DNA of 64,000 nucleotides from Amphiscolops sp. MND2022 (Eukaryota): NCBI GenBank assembly GCA_964187785.1, contig OZ076416.1, positions 41,478,001 to 41,542,000 of the forward strand, read 5' to 3'. Shown piece by piece: positions 12,061 to 23,962 of this stretch (position 1 is its first letter; each line of letters starts with the position of its first letter). The notes under the pieces were generated by a model. It saw only the letters and a program-made list of their open reading frames with translations, ran no database searches and was not told where the DNA came from. The position numbers and the translations under genes were made by a program.

Positions 12061-13889
12061 TGTGATAGGTATTCTTCAAGAGTGACATCAATTGAGCGAA
12101 TGTTTTTTCGAACACGGTGAAAACGGAATGTCAACTTCGAGTTTTTTTAAGGTTTAGCTTCAATTCTCAAACCTATGGCATGACTAATACAAAGTAGACT
12201 TTGAGCCCGAATAAAAAGATTGCCGAATCTGGAAAAAATAAATTGGAGCTTTGATGACTAAAAACTGTAGATGAACAACTATTAGTACCAGTCTGAATTT
12301 AAGTGAGCCACTTCGGATTTTTATTGTACGATCTGATGATAAACAGTGTTCATTTCGATTTTTCTCAGCTGTTGAAAAAAAAACTGAAATAAACAAACAA
12401 CACTGAGGTGTCTGTAAAACACATGTCGCTGCCGTGCGGATCAATTTGATTGAAGTTGGTTAAAACCATGAGTAATTCCATTTATCAGAAGCGTCATTGC
12501 GGACATCTTGGGCGGAGGCAACTACACAACCCATCTTGAAACAGGAAAATGTTAGGACTTTTTTGAATCCGCACTCATTGGAAATCATCTTCAACCTAAA
12601 CCGCTGACGAAAGTATCAGGTACACGGGAGAAAACCTCATGGAGGTGGGGTGTGTAGTTGAATCGAGGGAAGTCCAGCTAACAGAAAAAATGTACCGTTT
12701 GTTTCACCAGCCGATTCAGCCGATTGGTCCATCAGAACAGAAGAAATAACAGAACACATACAATAAACATGAATATCATATCAAAGGCGGATTTCCTGCA
12801 AAACTCGGAAGATGGTTCCCTGGAAAGGAGACGTTGGCGGTTCTACTGTATTCCAGTCGGTTGGTTTCAGAGTCTAGTCCGTAATTACTGGTTTTGTCGA
12901 TGACGTATAGTCGTTTCAAAGAATTTTCGGGTTATTTGATTCAATCTTTAAGTGTGTGTATCGTCATGCCAAATTTCTCCTGGATATGGGAGTAATAGTT
13001 CTCCTTTGGCCATGTTCTGGGTGGTTGATTGGTGAGCGTTGGTGTTGAAAAGATTGTGTTGTGTGAAAGCGGTAACGTTTCTCACTTCGCCATGTTCTAT
13101 TCTCGATAAAAAGCGTTAAACATCCAACAATCATTCCGCTAACAACATGAACAACAGCACGTGAAAATATGTAAAAAAAAAGAAAAGTAATAGAAAACAG
13201 TCTGGTTAAAATTTGTTTGTAATGAAGATTCTGTTTCAATGTGTCTACTGATGTGTCTATAGAGGTGGGTTTTTGCTTTTTTGGGCCTTCGTTGCTTCTG
13301 GGGTACCCGCTGTTTCTGTGGTCCTCGTTGCTTTTGGGTGCCATTTTTTAAGCTTTGCTTAAAATTTGAGTGGTTGGGCTTAGTCAACGAAGAAACATCT
13401 GCCGTACCGAAACGTTTCAGCAAAAATTAGGCCTAAATTGTCTACAGACCTAAAAAAATATAAATGATCATTCTTTTTCTGGTTCTTTTTTCCTGTCGTT
13501 TTGATTATAATTGCATGGATTTCGTTCAGATGCTTTGAAGTATCAATGCTTCGAAGATTTTTCATCTAAAAGTGTATTTGCGACGAAGCTCTCATACGAG
13601 AACAAAAAACTTGAGGAAAAATGCTACCAAATCTTGTCTCGAAGTTGAATGCAATTTCGTTGAAACAACGACAATGCATTACGCTCAATTCTTTTTTAAT
13701 TGATTCGAACAATTTTTCAAGACCTCTTTCGTTTCGATATTCAACCAATCATCTGAAAGTCTATGTAGAGATGCTATTAACCAATCACAATTTTCCCAAG
13801 AACGAGTTTTCATCTGGAATTTCATTTCACTTTCATTCGAAATTTTCTTTCAGCCAGGAAAACGTTCTCCTCATAACAGTTTGACAAAA

Positions 13890-13971
13890 ATGTACTTCTT
13901 GCTAGCTATAATTGTTCTCTCGGTGACTTGCAGTGTGGAGGGGCTCCCAACTGGAGGAGCGAAAGACTCAA
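13890..13971 (+). CDS. Host gene exon 1: signal peptide MYFLLAIIVLSVTCSVEG/LPTGGAKDS
   Basis: ATG at 13890, hydrophobic core, VEG-L cleavage-like site, and a strong GTGAGT donor at 13972 (phase 1). Confidence 0.75.
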
Positions 13972-14628
13972 GTGAGTTCAATTTTGTTTTCACTGAAACT
14001 GGCGTACCGGATTTGCGTCGTTATGCGCTGGGCAGTTTAAAACTGTGAAAAAACTAACGATGTTGTTTTTTTTCAATTGGCACGAGTCTTTGAATTTTCT
14101 CTTATCTTCTGAGATTAGTTTGAAAAACAAGTTAACCGATAAAATATAGAAGGCAGACTATTGCAGTCTTTGTAATTTCACGCCACTTTTTTCTGTATGA
14201 CACGTTTTTAATATTAATCTTTATCTTACGGCTCCGATTTTGGTTTATACAATTTTTGTTGTTTTTTCTGCGTTTAAAATCCGAGTATGCAATTTAGGCT
14301 TTCTAACATTTTGTTCCAAATTTATTACTCTGAAAATATTTTATGTTGCACTAGTTCACTTGAATTTCCAAAACACAAAGTATCAGAAAAACAATTTATG
14401 CCATTCATATGAAGGCATTCAACTCGTGGAAACAGTTCTTTTTTTCAGGAACATTTACACGTCAGGAAACGTGGCTGCTTAAAACGGCCAAAACACAAAA
14501 TATTTTTTGAGCATTTGATATTTTCACAAGTTTCAACTGTCAGGGTTTATTTAGACGCTAAACTTTCTTTATAGCGAGCATATTGAAACTTTCATGCGGC
14601 ATAATACTTGTTTTTTTTCAAATACCAG

Positions 14629-14820
14629 ATTGCACAGAAACTTGCAATGATTTTCATCGACTGTGTCCAGCTCTGAGTGACGAAACGTACCTGGAGAAGA
14701 TCAGAGCAATGCTGAGTGAAGTGACCTACGATGCTTCTGATGAACTGAGTAAAGTTCCTGAAACAATCAATTGCTCACAACCGTTTTACAGGATCAGGTG
14801 TCCTCAGTCTTGCGGATTAT
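14629..14820 (+). CDS. Host gene exon 2: ShKT-like cysteine-rich domain with a long insertion
   Basis: Poly-T...CAG acceptor, GTAAGT donor at 14821, 192-nt symmetric phase 1-1 exon. Encodes CTETCNDFHRLC-x35-CSQPFYRIRCPQSCGL. Confidence 0.75.
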
Positions 14821-16809
14821 GTAAGTTTTTTTTCTCATTTATGCTGACCGCATTCCTCTGGAGTTTCATTGAAATCTAAACCAACTTAACAACTTACCAA
14901 TCTAAACTTACGCAACAAACATTTAGCTGGTTGGCCAGTTTTCAGAAAGGAAAAGCGTCAAGTGGTTTCTGAAAGAGGAATAAAATGAAAACAAAATTCC
15001 TAAAATCTCCAAATCATTCGAAATTTGTTGCAAATTTCGTTGCTAATTGGCTGTGCTCGAGCCTTCAGAAGATGTTGCTGCTCTAGTCGAGGTAAATTTT
15101 TTCATACAATCCGACATTACTCCCATTTTGAAGTTTTTCAGTACTCTAGTTGAAATTGTTTGAGCTTACACTTGCCATAATTGCGCACAAAAACCAGTAC
15201 CTGTCATGTTTCATGGTTTTGGAAAAATATCAAACTTCTGATAAATCTTTTAAACTTTTTCATAAAATTCGAACACAGCGGAAAACTTTTCCTTGTGACA
15301 TTAGAAAACGTGTAAAAACTCAAGTTATATCATTCAGGGCGCCGACAAAGTTCAAGGCGGAAAGTATCAAAGTGCTCAAAAGGCTTCTTGTAGATTTTTT
15401 TCTCATTCTTGACGACTTGACCCCAAAAAGCAAGATGGGAACGAATCACGATAGAGCAATTAGGAGAGCTCTCAAAATTAGACGTTCCAGACTGCGAGGC
15501 CAGCAAAGTTTCTTTTGTTTCAACACCATCATCTGAATGAAACCATAAAAATCCTTAAAGTCTCAACTTTTACTTTCAAAAGATCAATTGGGATAAAGAT
15601 TCAATGCGAATTTTCAACAAAAATTACCAAAAAAGTCCTTCAACTTTGTTGCAACTGTCTCAGGCTGCCGCCTGTGACCGCATAAAATACAGAAAGAAAG
15701 AGTGCAGAGGATCAAGAACCCCACCCATGAATTTTATCAATTTACTGAAACTAAGAGAGTTAACATAGTTGAGATAAAACTATTGGATTTTACTATTGAA
15801 TTCATAGTATTTTTTGGTTATTAAATGTATACTAGTCTGTTAGCAATGTTGTTCAAATGGTTCAAGCTAATGTTGAAACGATTGGAATCTAAATCAAGTG
15901 AGTAAAAGCAAGTTGTAAAAGTATACGGAAACGTGTTCCGATGCGCAAAAGTGCTTTTACAGCAAAGTCATTAGAGTCAAAATATCAGCCAATCAAATCT
16001 CGATATTTTATGTGCTTTTCACATGCAGTACTATAAGTTGGTTGAGGCCAATTGATAAATGATGCTTCTGTTTGAAGAAAATCAGATAAATGGCTGGTTC
16101 CGGTAAAACATGTGATATTACTTCGTTTGATATCAGTAGACTATTTAAGCGCTCGTAAATATTTTTTAATCGATTGACATACTACTATTCTAGAATTACT
16201 TAAAGGTGCTAAATACAAAACTTGTTGCTTGTGAAAATTAGATTGACATGCATTCATTTATTAGCCGGATTAGGCTAAAACACTTGATTTAATTGGTGCT
16301 ACCTATGGATACATGTTAGAAAGCCATGTACGGTTTTCATTAACGCATTACTCAAACACTTGATGTTCGTTAAAATGTCTTTGAAAGGCACGTGTGTGAC
16401 AGCGTGCCTCTCTGTGTTGTTTACTTTCCCGTTCCCAAACATCTTAGCGTTTTTCGGCGTTTTGATGATTGCCTGAGATTGAATGAATAGTTACAACAGG
16501 GTGCTAATTTTACCTTTCACAGTCACATGATCAGCTATTTTTAGTATACTAACAAGACAAAGTATGAATGTCAACTTGAAGGTAGTCTATACACCTCAGA
16601 CGCTCCCTGTAGGACACAAAACTCCGGAAATTGTTAAAATACACTCTTTCAAATTTAAACCTTTCTCATTCAATTCAAATATTGACAATTGGAATAATGC
16701 TTGTGACGAGGAAACAAAAGAGTGAAGCTAGAATGTCGAGAGAAGCAGATATTAGGTCTTACTTAGAACCCCCAATGATATGATTGGTGGGTCCAACTTT
16801 GAAAGGGCA

Positions 16810-17274
16810 GGAAATGATTTCGACGACTTATAGGCAGGGCTGTTAGCCAGAGTTGTAGGAAGCCTAAACGCACCAGACCTGAAGACACATCGGAAAAAAT
16901 ACAGATCCTAAAGCACAAAAGCATAACCAGAACTCAGCATCATCCAACTCCCAGTTCACATTATCAAACAAGGACGACTCTAACAAATATCTTCCCCACG
17001 ACTCCAACACGATCATAAAATTCAGGTACACGATACGTCAAATCAGATCCTCCAATTATAATGTTTCGTTAGTATCAATCACAATTGATGGGGTATGTTT
17101 TTGTTGTCTGACAGCCACAGATGGAAAAAGTTTCCCTCATCACTTTTGAGAACACTCGTCAATACCAGAAAAACCAACCCCTGTTGGGGAATCGGACTAT
17201 ACTACAAGCTTTCCAACCCAGTTCCGACCGAATCCTTTCAAACACCGCCATTCGATAACTACAACACGCATGAT
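16810..17274 (+). pseudogene. Possible Gypsy gag/protease remnant truncated by the gap
   Basis: Long, nearly open + frame with VSITIDGV...; after a frameshift it reads QPLLGNRTIL, resembling the end of a retropepsin domain. The catalytic DTG is not intact. Confidence 0.3.
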
Positions 17275-17474
17275 NNNNNNNNNNNNNNNNNNNNNNNNNN
17301 NNNNNNNNNNNNNNNNNNNNNNNNNNNNNNNNNNNNNNNNNNNNNNNNNNNNNNNNNNNNNNNNNNNNNNNNNNNNNNNNNNNNNNNNNNNNNNNNNNNN
17401 NNNNNNNNNNNNNNNNNNNNNNNNNNNNNNNNNNNNNNNNNNNNNNNNNNNNNNNNNNNNNNNNNNNNNNNNNN
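17275..17474. other. Assembly gap (200 N)
   Basis: Run of exactly 200 N, typical of a scaffolding join of unknown true size. Confidence 0.99.
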
Positions 17475-18298
17475 TTTTGGTAATGAAACTATATTTTTCC
17501 AATGATGTGTTTGTAACCCATTTTGATATGATTATTTGTAAGGTCATCTCTACTACCCATTAGGAAATTTATTGAAGTATTTTATCATTTGAAGTTGATA
17601 TTACTGTTTGTTATTCTCAGTTCTGTTGATTTAGCCTGATGTGGTTGACGTGTCGGACTATATTTGTATAGATTGTACTAATCTAGACATAAAGGTTATG
17701 TATAATATTCTATCTAATTAAGTGCTCTCATCAAAGACTAGTCCTCCTTGTTCTCATAGCATCTCCAAACATTCCAAGCAAGCGAAAATAGTCACATTTT
17801 CTTCGAATAAAAATTCAAAATTAGGTATTAGTTGTTCACGCCAGCGTTAGCTCCGCGTCAACTTTCCTACGAATCAAAGCAACAAAACAGGGAAATATTT
17901 CCGGTTGGACTGACTGAAGTAATATCCACTTCGTGCTTGGGAGGAAACAAAAGGACGCCGGAATGATATGATATGATCATGATTGATGACTTATACTAGA
18001 TTAGAATTGTTGTGTCTTAAAATTTGACGAAATGTCGACGCAAATTTGGGATCGTGATGATTTTTTCATCGGAAAAACAGGAAATGACGAATTTTTCGAG
18101 GAAAAATGGGGATTTAGTCGTGATCCAATGATGCTAGGAAAGTACAAATACGATGCATTTTGTTGGTTGAGGGACTCAGTCTTTTCTCATCTGTAAAAAT
18201 CAGTTGTGTAACGATTTCTCAATTCTCAGCTCAATTCTCAACTTTGTTGAAAAATAAAGTTTGAAATTTTAAAATCAAATCCAATCTCTTCCTCCATA

Positions 18299-18705
18299 AT
18301 GTCGATTACAAGAAGCCAGAAGAGGAAGAACAATCAACACGAGAGCAATGAAAGTGTAAGTGAAGGTCTAGTTTCACCAATAGTAGTAGAAAATCCTTGT
18401 TTCTAGGAACAGGACGTGAGCATTGTGGACCCGTCCAGACGAAAATCTCCCAGGGTCGAGAATAGCTTCTGAGAGAGTTTGAGGGCTTCTTTGAAAGAGG
18501 AAATAACCTCGAAAATTAAGACTCTTCTCATAGAATCTCAGAAGGAAATAAGGAAGTGTTAAAGCTGCTAAAACCTAAAACAGGAGAGAGCACGAGAGAA
18601 AACAGCGAAGAAGTAACAGAAAAAGAAACTAGGTGCTTCTTTACTCCTACAAAAGCTGTAAGGATCAATTCAACCCAAATGACGACCCGGAGGCGAGTCG
18701 TAACA
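18299..18705 (+). pseudogene. ORF stub in an orphan LTR-like segment (MSITRSQKRK...coiled coil...EASRN|), decayed
   Basis: Two stops and two frameshifts. Ends GCGAGTCGTAACA at 18705, compared with GCGAGTTCCAACA at 63004; AT-rich unrelated sequence follows. Confidence 0.6.
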
Positions 18706-20298
18706 TATATTTATGTATATATAATGTATGTACGAGTTTACATGAAATTAGTGAGGTTCATGTTAATGAATTAAAGTAGTAAATGTCACGGTAATTGAGT
18801 CTCTGTTTCAGTTTGGGTTCTTTTTTCGGTTGTGAAAAAATAACTAGTGCCCATCCGCAAAGACCATTGGAGTAGACTTTGAACAATTACAGTACTAACA
18901 CAAATTGAAAAAATCTGGGTCAAGTGAGAAGACCTCTGGTTAGAAAGGGGTGCTCCGAATTAGAAAAAAAATCATGCCAAGGGCACGTTTCAACATTCTT
19001 CATTTACAAAAGGTTTATGTTACTGGTCTACCGGAATGTTCAGGTCCGCTAAGAAACTTGGGAAGTTAGTTCATCTTCGAGACTTGAAAAAAATATCTGA
19101 AGACTGACTGAACAACGTTGTGTGATACACGTTAAACAAAAACACAGAATGAACTGTCAAATTGAAAAAACGTAAGTGAGAAAAAGTCGGAAACAACGAG
19201 AAATGATAAAATTTTCAGAAAAAGAAAGAGCATTGTGACAGAACAATTACAACAGGGTACAGAAGACCGTGATATATCCGTAGCGTTTTTTTAGTCGGCA
19301 CTTTCAGAGAAAATGCGCCCGACTAGTACAATGGCCAGTTTTTTCCGTCAGACCGCAGAGTATGTAACACGTTTTGGTACAGAAGTTAATCGGTTTAGAG
19401 TGAACCCAGCGGTGGCTAGTTCGAGTCCCAGCTTCAGCCAGAAACGCTTTATGCATTTGGGAACCCGGACGAGTCTAAAGGGTCCCCGCTGTGCAACTTT
19501 TTTGATTTTTTTGTCATCAACGTGTTCAACGTTTAATTTTTCTGATACTTTAGAACATTTTGGATTTTCAATAAACCCAAAGGGCCCCCTTTCATTTTTT
19601 TTCGGCATTGTGAGATTTTTCAAAATGATAATTTTTTGTAGTAAAATTATCTTCTGCACAATGATGTTTTTTCAAAACTAACAACTTACGTGTAAATGTA
19701 GATTTTTGACTATGTTCCCCCATTTAGCTTCTTTTAAAACTTCAAATCATTCGGGCCTTGAGCGGGGCGCCGACTTGGCCCGTTCTCGACTTGTTCCACT
19801 TTGCCCAAAATATGGTCTTGACCTCAATGAAGATAAAGTTTAAACATTCAAAGATGGTTAGAGCAAGTTTAAAAGGATAATGATGCTTGCCTTCCTCGTC
19901 TAGAAGCTCCACCGTGGAATTTGGAAAGAGAATGAGTAGAATGGTAATGATCGGCGGTTTTTTAAATAAGATGTTAATGATATTTCTGAATGTGGATTCG
20001 CTTCAAAGTGTCTTTTTTGTTCATAGGTACTCCCTGCTGGAAGGAAACGTCACGAAAAGGTTTGAATATGACTTCCCATCCTGGCGATTTCATTATTTTA
20101 CTAGGGCTTTTGATCGTTTTCAAACTCGATCTCGATCAATGAAATCCAAAATCTTGCTAACGGAAAGTACTAACTGAAAGTATCTTCAACGCAGACAATT
20201 TCGTTGCATGAATAACCTTGAAGATGTGTCTGAAAAAGTGTTATTGTGTCTCCGAAGGAATAATTACGACATAATCTCAAGGCTTGTGTTTTTTTCAG

Positions 20299-20517
20299 CT
20301 TCAGAGAAGAAGCTGCAACCTGGTTATATTCAAATTATTGATGCCGAATCGGACGAACCCTATACAGGCGAATCAGTTGTCCAGAACTCGTATGATGGTT
20401 TTCTTGAAAAAAGCGCACTGTTGAACTGTTTCCTGAATAAAAACCCTGACGCAGGATGGGCAACGTACACAATACCAAAGTCTCAGATCAAAAAAATAGA
20501 ACTGTTTTCTTGGGCAG
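20299..20517 (+). CDS. Host exon: N-terminal half of an F-type lectin (FTP/fucolectin-fold)-like domain
   Basis: TTTTTTTCAG acceptor, GTAATT donor, 219-nt phase 1-1 exon. NSYDG...NCFL...GWATYTI...IKKIELF parallels fucolectin NAIDG...CTHS...WWRVDL...ITSVTI. Confidence 0.7.
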
Positions 20518-20936
20518 GTAATTACTTAAGTGTCTCTTCATCTTATTTTTTGTTTTCTTTTTCAGCTAGGTGAGAAGATCACAAAGACTGAATTTATATA
20601 TTTTTCATTTCTTCATGTATACTTTTAAACATACATCTAAACGAGGAAATTTCGACATATTATATAATTTTTCCTATTATAGAAAGTTAACTACAATTTG
20701 AGAGTGGATCAAAAGATGTATTCCAACTTTGACTGTTTTCTATGTGTCGAAATTCGTCATTTTCTTGTACAGGTTGGCAACGATGAGTTTTTCTACTTTA
20801 TTCTAAAGAATACTGACTGGTAATTGTAATAGTTCCAAAAACGGATGTAACTCATGACAATTTAATGTCATGATATAATGTATTAAAAGAATTGTTCCTG
20901 AATATTCAAGCAAGTAATTTCACAAACGTTTCTCAG

Positions 20937-21148
20937 GAAGTTACCCAGAATCACAGCTTGCTGCCAGTGTTTGCGATGGCAGTGTCTGCGTAAGGTGTGG
21001 TCGCTTTCCTGATATACCAGATTCAACCTGGGGAGCTCTGATGTGTCCAGAAACAGCAATAGGAGACAAAGTTAAAATTGTGTACGAAGAATTAAAGACT
21101 AACCACATCATAATAATCTGCGAGCTCAAACTATATGGTAGTGGTTAG
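20937..21148 (+). CDS. Host exon: C-terminal half of the F-type lectin-like domain
   Basis: TTTCTCAG acceptor in phase 1. Encodes ...VRCGRF...LMCPETAIGDKVKIV...IIIICELKLYG, compared with fucolectin C...C...GRYV...LHLCEVEV. Ends at TAG 21146-21148, or splices at GT 21138 or 21144. Confidence 0.7.
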
Positions 21149-21335
21149 TATGAAAAATAACTTGTATTGATCAAAAAATAGGAGGCTCAAAATTGACTTC
21201 ACATATTAAACGTTTACTCATTGTACATAATCATGATTTTTTTTCGACCCCGCTTGCAATTTTTTCAATAATTTTTTCAAATAAGTGATAAACTCAAACT
21301 ATTAAAACTCTTGGTCTGACGCAATAGATAGCCCA

Positions 21336-21850
21336 GTGTTCGGAGCCATGGCACCCTTGTCAAGGTCCATGGCAAGTTCCTTGGTAGCCTTGCCAAGATC
21401 TTGCCATGACCTTGGCAAGGATGCCATGGCCATGCAAGATCGTGCAAAGGCTAACCATGATCTTGGCAAGGATGCCATGATTAACTATGTTCTTGACAAG
21501 GGTTCCATGGTATCAAATTCGTTTTTTTGGTAACTCCCAGTGTTCGGAACCATGGTATCCTTGCAAGATTCATGTTCCCGCTTTAGACGTTTTTCCCGTT
21601 TTGCATTTAGAAATTATTCCTTAGTCGTTATTCCCGGTCCCCACCATGGTATTCCCGGCTTCCACACATTCATAGACAGGCCTTCCAACTAGGGACACGG
21701 TAAATACATTAACTCAAAACGGTTTAATATAATTTTTGACATGATATCCTTGGTAAGAATCATGGCAAACCATGGTTGCCTTGTCAAGATCTTGCCATGA
21801 TCTTTACAAGAGTTCCATGTATCATGATTTGCCATGATCTTGGCAAGGGT
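21336..21850. repeat. Degenerate CCATG/CTTGGCAAG/AGATCT repeat clusters (MITE- or minisatellite-like)
   Basis: Recurrent CCATGA(T/C)CTTGGCAAGGATGCCATG units at 21336-21580 and related units at 21740-21850. Confidence 0.6.
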
Positions 21851-22783
21851 ACAAAAAAATTGTTCCGTCGCAAATACTACTTCCAATGAGGAGTTCGCCA
21901 TTAACAAAAAAAATGGAATCTAGAATATTAACACCTATAAAAAAGTGAGAGAAATATTGCAAAAATTTTTTAGGATGGGGGCCCAAAAGAGCTCAAATAT
22001 TCCCTGAGTCTCAGTAGTCTCAAAATAGTAAAGACGACTGTAACCAAGAATGAAATGAATGATGAAAATTACGATTCAAAAAGTGGTATGCTGGGATAAC
22101 CAACAGTTAGTTCATACTGACTTGTTTTGATATCGTCGCTAGCTTTGTCATATGTCACTATAGATGACATCAAAACGTGAAAATTTGCAAAGTAGTATTT
22201 TACCAGCACTTCCTTCTCAGATTTATATTTTTTCTTTCAGTTATCGCTTCATGAAGGTCGCCCAGAATTTGGGAACATGGTGAAAGCATCATAGAGGACA
22301 GAAGATGGCGACAAAACAATAAAAATGATGGGGGAGGTGAAGGATAATGTGAATCAATTATTATAAGTGTAACTAAGGAATTGATTTTCCGGGAGATTGG
22401 TCAATTGAAATTTTCGAGCATGATATTTTTTGCAACTTATTTTGATTTCTTATTAAATTCTCCGTCTGAGGTGATTTTTATCATTTTGGTTTTGTATTCT
22501 CGTTAACAAGAGAAGTTGGTGTAGTTCTCAGTAATGGTACTTTTTGTTGCTTTTGGAAGTACTTCTTGTAGACCCTTCAACATTGGACATTCATCGTGAG
22601 AGAAAGTACTCCGAAACAAGATTGCTGTACCAACAACAAAAGATAATTAACTGTTTGAGAACACCATAGTCATTACTGAATCGTTAAATAGTTGCGCGAA
22701 TAGTTGAAACGACGTCGACAGGACCTTACTAAATAATACAAATGCCGAAAACCAAAGGCAACATAAAAAAGTATATTACAACT

Positions 22784-23160
22784 TGTAACGTCAAGCTAGA
22801 AACGTACATACTATAGCTGGGATAATGCCCAGGTTGCCTTGACAGGATACTATGGACGTACTACAACATTGAGACCACTGTCCCAAAAACGGTCTCCTAG
22901 GGGGACTATTCTAACGTCGAAGAGACTCCTCATTTAAACCACCGAGGCGACGTACCGGCACACTCAAAATCCGGACACGTCCCACAAGCACGTAAAAACG
23001 AATTCTAAGGTTCCCAATGTGCTCCTCCGATTCCCACAAACTCCCGAGGTCCAAAAAGAGTGTTTAGCTAAAGTACATTCTACTGGGATAAAACGATGAA
23101 ATTAGGGATCTAACAGATCCAATATCACCATATACCTGCAAACAATCATAAATCATCACA
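22784..23160. repeat. Possible solo LTR (TGTAACG...CATCACA)
   Basis: TG...CA ends and 377-bp length. No TSD match and no second copy in the window. Confidence 0.25.
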
Positions 23161-23962
23161 AAATGTCTTGTAACGACTGCTTGATCCCTTCACTTGACCA
23201 AAATTGACGCCGCCTTGTATTCGGTGCTCGTTACTGCGGATCGTTACCATACACCGCTTGCTTCTTAGAATAAAATGAATGTATCTTGACTTAGTAGAAT
23301 CCAATGATCCCGAATTAAACTTCTTCATTGTCTCTTAACATGTCCAACTCTCCACAGGTTGAGAATTACTAACTTAGTCGCCCTAAGACTTTGGCGAAAA
23401 GTCGAAAAGAGGAGAAGAAATGAATTGAGAATAGAAGTGGTCCTGAGACCCAACTTTAATACAGCTTTTCAATCAATTTTTGTTTACCTAGTTATGGTAT
23501 ACAACTCGTTTGAAACTACTCAATAATTATAAGTCAAAATATGAAGTATAATTAATTGTCATTAAAAGCATATTGTGAAGTTATTAGGTATGAAAACAAA
23601 CCAAGTGATTGTTTTGGCATGATTTTTGGGTGAGCTAGAAAGTATGTTAATGCAATGTTAATACGGGGTTGAATGCTCCGAGTGAAAAGTTAGGTTAGCA
23701 CCATCAGTAAGTTCTGTGCCAAGTTTCGAGGTTGCAAATGATTGCTTAAGTCGGAAAGGGTGGCCCTTCTTGGCGCGTCACTATTTTTCTGAAACATGTT
23801 ATTTTCATCTAAAATCTTTAAAAGGTTTCTAAGTGTTCTGAGATGTAAGTTTCATCAGTCACGTTCGAATTTGAGTCTCTCATCTTGCAATTGACTGGCG
23901 CCAACATCGTCGGCAATGTTTTTCTCCCGAAAAACACTTTAGTAGAAGAGGTGCCAGTTCCA

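Noticed and set aside
12519-12660. 14-bp imperfect inverted repeat (CAACTACACAACCC / GGGGTGTGTAGTTG) as a MITE
   Set aside because: No TSD, a single mismatched short pair, and no second copy in the window.
13282-13342. 18-bp repeats encoding QKQRxP on the - strand
   Set aside because: About three units in a short ORF with no splice or homology support; probably a local microduplication.
14927-15091. Exon following the ShKT exon (SGWPVFRKEKRQ...)
   Set aside because: In-frame TGA occurs before the GTAAAT donor, so it could only be an alternative terminal exon; there is no further support.
17095-17563. ORFs spanning the N run
   Set aside because: Artefacts of translating the 200-N gap.
20773-20819. 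Extra exon VGNDEFFYFILKNTDW, or a 4-nt CTAG microexon near 20567
   Set aside because: The phases are incompatible with the flanking phase-1 exons or lead to stops. Direct 20517-to-20937 splicing already gives a complete lectin fold.
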